Shown in pieces: positions 28,890 through 38,705 of a DNA stretch of 64,000 bases. Source of the DNA: Patescibacteria group bacterium. Lineage in GTDB: Bacteria > Patescibacteriota > Microgenomatia > Levybacterales > UBA12049. Each line of letters starts with the position of its first letter. The first letter of the stretch is position 1. The notes beneath the pieces were generated by a model that had not been told where the DNA came from, made no database searches, and was given only the letters and a program-made list of their open reading frames with translations. The stretch covers positions 391,343 through 455,342 of the forward strand of contig BPJB01000001.1 in NCBI GenBank assembly GCA_026004395.1, given 5' to 3'. A program made the position numbers and the translations under genes.

Positions 28890-30563
28890 ATGAAAATTAT
28901 ACGCTATCTTTCAGAGAATATACTTTTTCTACTTACACTTTTTCTTTTAGTGTTTATTCCTTTGTATCCCAAACTACCGCTTCTGGATATTAAACATACG
29001 TGGGTGTACATTCGCATTGAAGATTTTATCATCGCAGTTGTTTGGATAATATTTTTAATCCAGTTTTTTAAAAATAAAGCTACTCTAAAGACTCCTCTTA
29101 CGATACCAATAATTATTTTCTGGATAATTGGCGCTTTGGCAACAATTCATGGTATTTTATTTGTCTTTCCGAAGCTGGAGGGAGTTTTTCCATCAATTGC
29201 TTTATTGCACTATCTTCGTCGTATTGAGTATATCTCTCTCTTTTTCTTATCCTACGCGGCATTCAGAAAAAAAACTTCAGTTACACCGCTTATTGTTACT
29301 TTGTCTCTTACTTTGCTTGCGGTATTCTTCTATGGTTTGGGTCAACGTTTTTTAGGATTTCCTGCATTTCTTACGATGAATGAAGAGTTTGCCAAGGGAA
29401 TTCCTTTGAAACTTTCTCCTCTTGCTCGTATTCCATCAACTTTTGCAGGACATTATGATTTAGCAGCGTATCTGATACTCATGATTCCTTTAATGGGTAG
29501 TATGATATTTGGATATAAAAAATGGCTGGTAAAAATATTTTTCTTTTTAACAGCTACTGCGGGATTGATTCTGCTTATGATGACTGCATCACGAGTTTCG
29601 TTCGTAGTTTATCTTTTATCGATTGCGTTTATGCTTATTTTGCAAAGAAAAAAATTTTTCATTATTCCAGTATTTATATTTAGTTTTATTCTTCTTCAGT
29701 CATTTCAAGGACTTTCTCAGCGTCTGGCAAGTACCTTTACACAGGTTGATTTAGTTGTTGATTCGCGAACAGGCAAGCCAATTGGTGTTGCTTCTGAATT
29801 TGGAGGTAATCAGATTGTCATTGAGGACAAACAATCAACAGGTGAGAATTTACCGCAAGGATCAAAATATATTAATATTCCCTCTAATTTAGGAAAGAAG
29901 CTAAACTCAGATATAATATACAAAAAACTCAAAAGTGATGGTACACAGGAAGAAATTATTACACGATCTGGAGATGTAATCGTAAAAAAGGCATTCGCCT
30001 ATGATGTCTCGTTTACTACAAGATTTCAAGGAGAGTGGCCTCGAGCTATAGAAGCTTTTAAGCGTAATATCTTATTGGGAAGTGGTTATTCTTCCATCAG
30101 TCTTGCTACAGATAATAACTATCTTCGCATTCTCGGAGAGACAGGAATTCTGGGATTGATATCTTTTTTAGGAATCTTTTTGATAGCAGTAATTTATCTA
30201 TGGAGATTACTTCCAGCAATTACAGACAATGCTTTAAGAAGTTTTGTATTAGGAATGATCGCCGGGGTATTTGGTCTCTCACTAAACGCTATTTTAATTG
30301 ACGTTTTTGATGCATCAAAAGTGGCTTTTGTACTCTGGATGCTAGTGGGAGCAACTCTTTCCCTTGTAAAAACTTTTGAAAATAAGTCAGTTAATTATTA
30401 TTACGAGCTGAAACGCATTTTTTTCTCTACCCCTGCGTATATAGTGTATTTAATAATATTTGCTTTTTTTATCTTTGGACCCTCTCTAAAAAATTATTTT
30501 GCTGGTGATGATTTTACTTGGCTTCGTTGGGCTGCCGATTGTCCAAAGATTGAGCGAGGGTAG
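28890..30563 (+). CDS. O-antigen ligase/Wzy_C-domain membrane protein; N-terminal part of a probable fusion with the next ORF
   Basis: RIPSTFAGHYDLAAYL, TASR, R..GEWPRA...LLGSG, TDNNYLRILGETGILG; the C-terminus already begins a GT-C domain (NYFAGDDFTWL). Confidence 0.75.
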   Translation: MKIIRYLSENILFLLTLFLLVFIPLYPKLPLLDIKHTWVYIRIEDFIIAVVWIIFLIQFFKNKATLKTPLTIPIIIFWIIGALATIHGILFVFPKLEGVFPSIALLHYLRRIEYISLFFLSYAAFRKKTSVTPLIVTLSLTLLAVFFYGLGQRFLGFPAFLTMNEEFAKGIPLKLSPLARIPSTFAGHYDLAAYLILMIPLMGSMIFGYKKWLVKIFFFLTATAGLILLMMTASRVSFVVYLLSIAFMLILQRKKFFIIPVFIFSFILLQSFQGLSQRLASTFTQVDLVVDSRTGKPIGVASEFGGNQIVIEDKQSTGENLPQGSKYINIPSNLGKKLNSDIIYKKLKSDGTQEEIITRSGDVIVKKAFAYDVSFTTRFQGEWPRAIEAFKRNILLGSGYSSISLATDNNYLRILGETGILGLISFLGIFLIAVIYLWRLLPAITDNALRSFVLGMIAGVFGLSLNAILIDVFDASKVAFVLWMLVGATLSLVKTFENKSVNYYYELKRIFFSTPAYIVYLIIFAFFIFGPSLKNYFAGDDFTWLRWAADCPKIERG

Positions 30564-31950
30564 TGAAGTTCAATGTGAATCTGCAGTGAAGACCATTACA
30601 TCATATTTTCTCAACTCTGAAGGTTTCTTCTATAGACCTGGTACTAAAATGTATTTTTATCTAATGTATCCTCTTTTTGAACTTTTTCCTGCTCCTTTTC
30701 ATCTTGTTTCTCTGATATTGCATATCACATCTGCAATTTTGCTGTTTTTTCTGGTACTAAAGTGGTTGGGAAATAAAATATTTGCTTTTCTTGCGGGTAT
30801 TTTCTTTCTTGTTTTAAGCACTCATGGTGAAGCTGTCTATTGGATCTCGGTTACAGGACATATGATTGCCTGGACGTTAACACTTTTGGCGCTGTTATGT
30901 TATACCTATTGGAAGGAAAATAAAAACGTTCTTCTTTTTGGCTTAGCATGGATTGCTATATTTATCTCCACATTTTTCCATGAATTTGGCTTTACTGGAT
31001 CTATTCTTCTTATTGCCTATGATCTTATAGTTGATCGGAAAAATTTGCGGATGATTTGGAAAAGCAAGTGGTATTATATCTTTTTGTTGTTGCCAATAGC
31101 GATTTATTTTTATATGAGGACTATCTCCAACAGCCTTTGGTTTCAAGGAGACTATAGTTACAATCTTTTCAAACTACCTTTTAATGCAATAGGAAATCTT
31201 GTCGGTTATCTTTTGCTTTCGCTTTTAGGACCAAGTGCGTATAATAGTATATACACTCCATTAAGAACATTTACAGCAGAAAATATCTTTATTGCTAGTT
31301 TACTAATTTTATCAGGTGGTCTGTCAGCGGTTGTGTTAATTAAAATGATGAGGAAGTATTTACAGAAAGAATTGACTGGCACCATGATTCTTATTAGTTG
31401 TGCTTTATTTGTGATTCCTCTTCTCCCATTCGTGGGTCTTGGTAATATCACAACACGGTATCCCTATCTTGCTTCATCTGGTGTTGTGATTTTTCTGATT
31501 ACGGTTTTCTATCATCTTTTTATGAATGTCAAGCCAAAAAACAGACCAATTATAGCTGGAATATTTTTTGTTATTGCCATTCTTTTTATCGCTTTTCATA
31601 TTCATTCACTGCAAAAAGTCAATAATGATTGGCAAAAGGCAGGAGAGATTACAAGAACAACACTAGTTGAGATTAACAAAGCATACGCACAAAAAGGTCA
31701 TCAGAAAAAACAAAAAAATCAAAAAGAAATATTTTATTTTGTTAATGTTCCTATCAGGTATGGTGAGGCATGGGTATTTCCTGTTGGATTACAAGATGCT
31801 TTGTGGTTTTCATTCCAAAATGTTGATCTAGAAGTACATAACGTACTCAGTGAAGAGGAGGCACTGGCAGAACTTAAGAGAAATCCCAATATTCGTATAT
31901 TTAAGTTTTTAAAGGATGGTTCACTTGTTGAGATACAGCAGGCAAAATAA
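30550..31950 (+). CDS. TMTC/PMT-like GT-C domain, +1-frame continuation of 28890
   Basis: FYRP, PAPFHLVSLILH, HGEAVYWIS, RYPYLAS motifs; no convincing start of its own. Confidence 0.65.
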   Translation: MSEGSEVQCESAVKTITSYFLNSEGFFYRPGTKMYFYLMYPLFELFPAPFHLVSLILHITSAILLFFLVLKWLGNKIFAFLAGIFFLVLSTHGEAVYWISVTGHMIAWTLTLLALLCYTYWKENKNVLLFGLAWIAIFISTFFHEFGFTGSILLIAYDLIVDRKNLRMIWKSKWYYIFLLLPIAIYFYMRTISNSLWFQGDYSYNLFKLPFNAIGNLVGYLLLSLLGPSAYNSIYTPLRTFTAENIFIASLLILSGGLSAVVLIKMMRKYLQKELTGTMILISCALFVIPLLPFVGLGNITTRYPYLASSGVVIFLITVFYHLFMNVKPKNRPIIAGIFFVIAILFIAFHIHSLQKVNNDWQKAGEITRTTLVEINKAYAQKGHQKKQKNQKEIFYFVNVPIRYGEAWVFPVGLQDALWFSFQNVDLEVHNVLSEEEALAELKRNPNIRIFKFLKDGSLVEIQQAK

Positions 31951-31951
31951 T

Positions 31952-33429
31952 ATGCAAATAAATTTACAGAGATCACTATCTGTTTTTTTACTTACTTTAA
32001 TTCTAATAATAGGTATTCTTTTACGTCTCTATCGTTTTTCAAGCCCTATTGCAGACTGGCATAGTTGGAGGCAGGCAGATACTTCTTCTGTCTCTCGTAT
32101 GTTTGTTGAGAGAGGCTATGATCTCCTGCATCCGCGTTTTCATGATTTATCCAATGTTCCCTCAGGCAGAGATAATCCTGAAGGATATAGATTTGTTGAA
32201 TTTCCTCTTTACAATCTCTTACAAGCAGGACTTTATGATCTTTTGGGTGTATTTTCGCTTGAAGAGTGGGGAAGAATAGTAAGTATTTTTTCATCCGTAA
32301 TGACGATATTTTTTATTTTTTTCATTTTAAAAGATTTTGTGAATGATAAGGCTGCATATTTGGGAGCACTTTTCTATGCAGTGGCACCATTTTCAGTTTA
32401 TTACGGTAGAGCGATTTTACCTGATCAGACAATGATTATGACAGTATTAGGTAGTATCTATTTTTTCAGCAAATGGGTCAGGATCTCAAGACACTTCAAT
32501 TTTGAGTATATGGTATTGGCTCTCACTTCTTTTCTTGACATCTTCACTTCTTCTTAAGCCATATGCGATCTTTTTTACTCTTCCATTAGTTTTTCTTAGT
32601 ATCCAAAAGTTTGGCATGCGTGCATTTGTTGATTTGAGATTGCTTTTTTTCAGTTTCGTGGCTATTATTCCGCTGATTGCGTGGAGAATATGGATGCTCC
32701 AGTATCCGGAAGGCATTCCTGCTAATGCTTGGCTTTTTAACGCCGGCAATATCAGGTTTAAGGGAGCATATTTTTACTGGATTTTAGGAGAGAGAATTGC
32801 CAAACTTATATTGGGTTACTGGGGAGTTAGTTTATTTATCTTAGGAGTTATTTATACATTACAGAAAAAAATTATATATCCGTTGCGGGTGAGTACGGGA
32901 GCTTTTTTGCTTACTTTCCTTTTTTCATCATTGTCGTATCTTTTAGTGATTGCTCGAGGTAATGTCCAGCATGATTATTATCAGATTCTTATTGTTCCTT
33001 CCCTTGCTATTTTTTTAGGAGTGGGTGCGATCTTTTATTCTTTCTCAATTTAATCTAGTCAAAGGTGTTTCTTGGGTAATTGTCATAAGCATCCTCGCAC
33101 TTTCATTTTTTCTTTCTTGGTATCATGTTCGCGATTTTTTTAACATTAATAATCCTTCTGTTATTTCAGCTGGTAAAGCTGTTGATGCTTTAACTCCCAA
33201 AAATGCAAAAATTCTTGCCATTTATAATGGTGATACAACACTTTTGTATCAAACAAAACGATCTGGATGGGCTAGTTTTGAAAAATCTCTTCCTGAGATG
33301 ATCAATATGGGAGCAGATTTTCTCGTATTTGTGAATCCCAATCAATCAGAGCTTGCGTTAGCAGAGAAATACAAAATTGTTTCCAAAACACCTGAGTATG
33401 TAATTTATAATCTTAGAGAACAACCATGA
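31952..33429 (+). pseudogene. ArnT/PMT_2-like GT-C glycosyltransferase split by two +1 frameshifts (~32480, ~33030); ~491 aa if repaired
   Basis: Three overlapping ORFs in successive frames: DWHSWRQADT...EFPLY...YGRAILPD, then LLKP...HDYYQ, then a C-terminal soluble domain. Confidence 0.7.
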
Positions 33430-34616
33430 AGATTCTTCTTGTTTCGTCATACTTACCTTATCCATTAATCAATGGAGGACATATTAGGCTTTATAATCTA
33501 TTGAAGTCTCTTAAAAATAGACATGAGATTACATTGATTTGTGAGAAACGAGAGTACCAAACAGCAACTGATATAGAAGCAGTTGAGGATGTATGTACCA
33601 AGGTAATTACATTTCCGCGTAAAAAACAATGGAGTATCGCCAATATTTTGAAAACTGGCTTTTCTGATGACCCTTTTTTGATTGTTGGTCATAAAATTGC
33701 TGAGATGAAAATGAGAATAAAACAAGAACTGCAAAAGGAGAAGTATGATCTTATTCATATTGAAACATCCTATGTATTTCAGAATGTACCTCAAACAATT
33801 CTCCCTACTGTCTTAATTGAGCATAATATTGAATATCTGGTGTATAAACGCTTTGCGCAGAATGCTCCTATTTTTCTCAGACCCTTTTTGCTGATTGATG
33901 TAAATAAGTTAAAAAAGAAAGAAGAAGATTATTGGAGAAAAGCAACGCGCGTGGTGGCTGTTTCCCCCTCTGAAAAATCTCTGATTGAGCAGACAGGAGT
34001 ACAAGCAGATCTTGTCCCCAATGGAGTAGATTTGGAAAGTTTTAAATTTAAAAATATTGATCAATTTTTCCAATCAGAAAGAAAGCAGTTTTTGTTTATC
34101 GGAGACTACAAATGGATGCAGAATAGAGACGCAGTGAGATGGCTTATCAAAGAAATATGGCCAAATATTACAAAACAGGTTAAAGAGAAGATATCTCTTC
34201 GTATTGTAGGGAGAAATATCCCACCCAGAATAAAAACAATAGGAGATCCAACTATTATCATTGAAGAAGATTCTCCCCGTAAGACAGAAGAGATTTTTTC
34301 AGAGAGTTTTGCACTACTAGCCCCTCTTAGAATTGGAGGAGGAAGTCAATATAAAATACTTGAGTCTATGGCTGTTGGGACACCTGTAATTACTACGCCT
34401 TTAGGACTGTCAGGATTGAAGATTAAAGCAGGCAGAGATATTTTAGTTGGAGAAAATGTCAAAGAGATTGTTACTCATGCAATTTCTTTGTTACACAATA
34501 AGAAATTATATTCTGAACTTGCCTTAAATGGGAGGAGACAAATAGAAAGAGAATATGATTGGAATTCTATTGCCCAAAAATTGGATAGCGTATATCAGAA
34601 TGTAAAAAGTAAGTAG
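33426..34616 (+). CDS. GT4 glycosyltransferase
   Basis: PYPLINGGHIR, EHNIE, PNGVD, PLRIGGGSQYKILESMAVG. Confidence 0.88.
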   Translation: MKILLVSSYLPYPLINGGHIRLYNLLKSLKNRHEITLICEKREYQTATDIEAVEDVCTKVITFPRKKQWSIANILKTGFSDDPFLIVGHKIAEMKMRIKQELQKEKYDLIHIETSYVFQNVPQTILPTVLIEHNIEYLVYKRFAQNAPIFLRPFLLIDVNKLKKKEEDYWRKATRVVAVSPSEKSLIEQTGVQADLVPNGVDLESFKFKNIDQFFQSERKQFLFIGDYKWMQNRDAVRWLIKEIWPNITKQVKEKISLRIVGRNIPPRIKTIGDPTIIIEEDSPRKTEEIFSESFALLAPLRIGGGSQYKILESMAVGTPVITTPLGLSGLKIKAGRDILVGENVKEIVTHAISLLHNKKLYSELALNGRRQIEREYDWNSIAQKLDSVYQNVKSK

Positions 34617-34631
34617 TCTTTATAAGAACTG

Positions 34632-34640
34632 TGTTATACT
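34632..34640 (+). promoter_or_regulatory. Extended -10 element for the GT4-GT4-manC-PGT sub-operon
   Basis: TGTTATACT in a 100-bp intergenic gap, ~76 nt upstream of ATG 34717. Confidence 0.4.
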
Positions 34641-34716
34641 CAAAAACAAAATTTTCGACGGTAGGAATAGGATTAAAGTCCATATTATTTCTAGATTTTA
34701 TATCAAATTTTTTACT

Positions 34717-35817
34717 ATGAAAATTGGAATTGATGGCAGATTCTGGAATGCAACTGGTGTTGGCAGATACACGAGAAATCTCGTACGTGAACTGCAGGAG
34801 TTGGATAAGAATAATGAGTACACACTTTTTGTTAATCAGGGAGACATTCCGCAGGTTTACAACCAATTAAATAACAGTAGATTTCATATAAGAGTTGTTG
34901 ATATCAAATGGCATACATTTTCTGAACAATTACAGTATCCGCGAGTTCTTCTTAGAGAACAGATTGATCTTATGCATTTTCCTTATTTTTCTCTACCTCT
35001 TTTTTATCCGCGTCCTTTTGTTGTTACGATACATGATCTTATTTTGCATCACTATGCTACAGGAAAAACATCAACTCTGCCCCTTCCACTCTACTATGGA
35101 AAATTATTAGGATATAGATTTCTTGTGCAACAGTCAGCAAAAAGAGCAAAGAAAATTATTACGGTTTCAGAATCAACAAAGCAGGAAATTATTGATCATC
35201 TGCACATTCCTGAACAAAAAATAGTTGTAACTTACGAGGGTATAGACAATAGCCTTAGAGAATCAACAAGGAGAAATATCTATGGTAAATACTTTCTCCA
35301 TGTTGGTAATGTTTACCCCCATAAAAATATATCGTTTTTGATAGAGGCATTTACCCAAACAAATTTGCATGATGTTATTTTGTTATTTGTTGGCAAAAGA
35401 GATTATTTTATGGAAAAGCTTGAGAAGGATATACAAGAAAAAAGATTAAGTAATAAGGTGCTTTTTCTGGGAGAAGTTGATGATGCACAGCTCGCAACTC
35501 TTTATAAACATGCCCTTGCTACTGTAGTTCCCTCTCTTATGGAGGGATTTGGACTTCCTGTAGTTGAAGCACTGGCAAATAAGTGTCTTGTTATTGCGTC
35601 TGATATTCCTTCTCTTCGGGAAGTTGGACAAAATGCAGTTCTATATTTCAATCCATTTAACAAAAGGGAATTATCAGATATACTTTACAATGTTGCTCAG
35701 AATTCATCAAAATTCAAAGATAAAAAACAAGAAGGTATTAAATTAGTCAGTCGTTACTCTTGGACAAGAATGGCAGAAAAGACATTGGCAGTATATGAAA
35801 GTTGCATTAGTTTATGA
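34717..35817 (+). CDS. GT4 glycosyltransferase (MtfB-like)
   Basis: [38 protein letters not shown]. Confidence 0.9.
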   Translation: MKIGIDGRFWNATGVGRYTRNLVRELQELDKNNEYTLFVNQGDIPQVYNQLNNSRFHIRVVDIKWHTFSEQLQYPRVLLREQIDLMHFPYFSLPLFYPRPFVVTIHDLILHHYATGKTSTLPLPLYYGKLLGYRFLVQQSAKRAKKIITVSESTKQEIIDHLHIPEQKIVVTYEGIDNSLRESTRRNIYGKYFLHVGNVYPHKNISFLIEAFTQTNLHDVILLFVGKRDYFMEKLEKDIQEKRLSNKVLFLGEVDDAQLATLYKHALATVVPSLMEGFGLPVVEALANKCLVIASDIPSLREVGQNAVLYFNPFNKRELSDILYNVAQNSSKFKDKKQEGIKLVSRYSWTRMAEKTLAVYESCISL

Positions 35818-36883
35818 TAGGGTTAATAAATGGGGAGGAGCTGAAAGAGTACTTCTAGCTCTTCATGAGTTATTTCCTCAAGCACCGCTTTTTACATCAG
35901 TATATAATTCTGCTACAGCACCTTGGGCTGGTGTGTTTGATATTAAGACTTCTTTTTTGCAGAAATTTCCTTTTGCCAAAAAAAGTCATGAATTGTATCC
36001 ATTGCTTATGCCTATTGCATTTGAGTCTTTTACATTTGATGAGTTTGATATTGTCATATCAGTAGCCAGTGAAGCAGCCAAAGGAATTATTACGAAACCT
36101 TCCACTTTGCATATTTGTTATTGCTTGACACCAACACGTTATCTCTGGAGTGGGTATGAGGATTATTTTTCCAACCCATTAATTCGTTTTCTTTCTTTAC
36201 CAGCAGTTGCGTATCTTAAAACATGGGATAAAATAGCAGCAACACGACCTGATGTTTTCATTGCTATATCTTCTGAGGTACAATCAAGAATAAAACAATA
36301 CTATCAGAGAGATGCACAAATAATCTATCCTCCTGTTACGCTATTTGATAATTATGAGATAGTTGATAGTAAAGTAGGAGACTATTTTCTTGTTGTTTCA
36401 CGACTTGTAGCTTATAAACGTATTGATTTGGCAATAAAAGCGTGTAATGAACTTAAAGTTCCATTAAAAATCATTGGGATTGGAAAGGAAGAAGCTTATT
36501 TACGTTCTATTGCAGGTCCTACTGTTGATTTTCTTGGAAGTGTAACAGATGAAGAATTAGCATCATACTATCAGAACTGCAGAGCTCTTCTTTTTCCTGG
36601 AAGAGAAGACTTTGGAATAGTAATGGTTGAGGCGATGGGATTTGGAAAACCGGTTATAGCCTATAAGGGTGGAGGAGCACTGGATATTATTCAAGATAGG
36701 AAAACGGGTGTTTTTTTCAAAGAACAAACAGTCAAAGATCTTGCTGATGCTATAAATGCATTTTATAAGATAAGCTTTGATTCTCATATTATTCAGAAGC
36801 GAGCTAAACTTTTTTCAAAACAGATTTTTCAGCATTCGTTTATGGAAGCAGTTGAAAATAATTTTGCTAAAATGCAAAAATAG
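35795..36883 (+). CDS. GT4 glycosyltransferase (WbaZ-like)
   Basis: GGAERV, YCLTPTRYLW, SRLVAYKRID, EDFGIVMVEAM. Confidence 0.9.
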   Translation: MKVALVYDRVNKWGGAERVLLALHELFPQAPLFTSVYNSATAPWAGVFDIKTSFLQKFPFAKKSHELYPLLMPIAFESFTFDEFDIVISVASEAAKGIITKPSTLHICYCLTPTRYLWSGYEDYFSNPLIRFLSLPAVAYLKTWDKIAATRPDVFIAISSEVQSRIKQYYQRDAQIIYPPVTLFDNYEIVDSKVGDYFLVVSRLVAYKRIDLAIKACNELKVPLKIIGIGKEEAYLRSIAGPTVDFLGSVTDEELASYYQNCRALLFPGREDFGIVMVEAMGFGKPVIAYKGGGALDIIQDRKTGVFFKEQTVKDLADAINAFYKISFDSHIIQKRAKLFSKQIFQHSFMEAVENNFAKMQK

Positions 36884-36906
36884 ATTTATAATAGTTGAAC
36901 TATTCT

Positions 36907-37989
36907 ATGAAGTTTGTAATTTTTGCAGGTGGTGTAGGATCCAGGCTTTGGCCGTTATCAAGAAAAAATACCCCTAAACAGTTTGGTCAGATAATTGGCG
37001 ATAAATCTACTCTTCAGCAAACAGTTGAGAGACTTTTGCCCGATTTTAAACCAGAGGATATTTATATCGCTTCAGGAAAACAATACAAGCAAGTTATCTC
37101 AGCACAGCTATCTCAGATTCCATCCAGTAATTTTGTTTTTGAGCCTACTATGAGAGATGTGGGGCCAGCGATTGGACTGAATGCATTTCTGTTAGCAAAA
37201 CATTTTCCTAATGAGCCTGTAGCTATTCTTTGGAGCGATCATCTTGTTAAAAATGAAGTGCTTTTTAGGCACGTTTTAAAACTTGCTGAACAAAGTATCA
37301 AAAAGTATAATGCAAAATTTGTCTATATTGCTCAAAAACCGAGATTTGCTAATCAAAATCTAGGTTGGATAGAAGTTGGAGATAAAATAAAGGAAGAGAA
37401 TGGAGCTGAAATTTTTAGATTTATCAGACTTCGTTATCGTCCCACGATTAAGGAGGCAGAAGAGTTTTTCAAAGACAATCGATTTATGTGGAATTTGGGA
37501 TATTTTGTGACTACTCCAGGATTTTTGGTATCACTTTTTAAAGAGTATGCGCCTGATATGTATGAGAAGTTGAAAACAATCCAAAATGCATATGCAACAG
37601 CAGAATTTGATAGCGTATTAAATGAGATATATCCTACTCTGGAGAAAATTAGCTTTGATGATGCAATTCTTGTAAAAATGAACCCAGCAAATATCTATGT
37701 GATAGGAACTGATCTTGGATGGAGTGATATAGGCGCTTGGGATGCTCTAAAAGAAGCTCTTGCAAGATCAACTGAAGAGAATATTACCAAAGGAAATGTT
37801 CTTCTTGAAGATACGCAGGATACTTTGGCGTTTAACTATACGGAGCAATTATGTGTCGGTATAGATTTGAAAGAAATGCTCGTAATTAATACAGACGATG
37901 TTCTTCTTGTTTGTCCAAAGACATCAGTTCCTAAGATCAAAAAGCTTGTAGAAAATCTTAAAGGTACCTCTCATGAACATCTGATATAG
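36907..37989 (+). CDS. manC: Mannose-1-phosphate guanylyltransferase
   Basis: AGGVGSRLWPLSR..PKQF, EP..RD.GPA, SDH, ISFDDAI, GWSDIGAW. Confidence 0.85.
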   Translation: MKFVIFAGGVGSRLWPLSRKNTPKQFGQIIGDKSTLQQTVERLLPDFKPEDIYIASGKQYKQVISAQLSQIPSSNFVFEPTMRDVGPAIGLNAFLLAKHFPNEPVAILWSDHLVKNEVLFRHVLKLAEQSIKKYNAKFVYIAQKPRFANQNLGWIEVGDKIKEENGAEIFRFIRLRYRPTIKEAEEFFKDNRFMWNLGYFVTTPGFLVSLFKEYAPDMYEKLKTIQNAYATAEFDSVLNEIYPTLEKISFDDAILVKMNPANIYVIGTDLGWSDIGAWDALKEALARSTEENITKGNVLLEDTQDTLAFNYTEQLCVGIDLKEMLVINTDDVLLVCPKTSVPKIKKLVENLKGTSHEHLI

Positions 37990-37991
37990 CC

Positions 37992-38657
37992 ATGCCTTAC
38001 ACTGAAATTAAAAAAAGTATCTTTTATGAATTCTTTAAACGATTTACAGATATTGTTTTTTCATTAATACTTTTGATATTTTTTACACCAATTAATATCC
38101 TTGTAGCAATTGCTATCAAACTTGACTCTCCAGGACCTATTCTTGCGGATACTCCAGAAAGAGTAGGTAAAAATGGAAAATTATTTAAGATGTACAAATT
38201 TCGATCCATGGTACAAAATGCTCATCTGCTTCTCACAGAAGATCCCGAGTTTGCTAAACTTTATGAACAATATAAAAAAGGAAGTTATAAACTCAAAAAT
38301 GACCCACGTATTACAAGAGTGGGAAGATTTATACGCAAGCACTCTCTTGATGAGGTGCCACAACTAATCAATGTTATAAAAGGTGATATGAGTCTTGTGG
38401 GACCTAGAGCATATTATCCTGATGAACTACGGGAACAGCAAAAGAAATATCCTGCTACCAAAGATGCAGTTAAAATAGTATTATCAGTTAAACCAGGAAT
38501 TACTGGTTATTGGCAAGTCTCAGGGAGAAGTGAAATAAACTTTGATAAGAGGATTGAAATGGATGCTGATTATGTAAAGAAACGCTCTATACTTTATGAT
38601 CTATATATTATTGCACGAACTCCTTGGGCTATGATCACTGGGAGAGGAGCATTGTAA
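37992..38657 (+). CDS. Priming phosphoglycosyl transferase (Bac_transf; WcaJ/CpsE small monotopic type)
   Basis: [51 protein letters not shown]. Confidence 0.93.
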   Translation: MPYTEIKKSIFYEFFKRFTDIVFSLILLIFFTPINILVAIAIKLDSPGPILADTPERVGKNGKLFKMYKFRSMVQNAHLLLTEDPEFAKLYEQYKKGSYKLKNDPRITRVGRFIRKHSLDEVPQLINVIKGDMSLVGPRAYYPDELREQQKKYPATKDAVKIVLSVKPGITGYWQVSGRSEINFDKRIEMDADYVKKRSILYDLYIIARTPWAMITGRGAL

Positions 38658-38669
38658 ATATCTGTTTTA

Positions 38670-38699
38670 TTGACAAGACTTAACTTATTCTCGTATCAT
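38670..38699 (+). promoter_or_regulatory. Sigma70-type promoter for the DUF4012 gene
   Basis: TTGACA-18 bp-TATCAT, 6 nt before ATG 38706. Confidence 0.55.
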
Positions 38700-38705
38700 T
38701 TTTTT

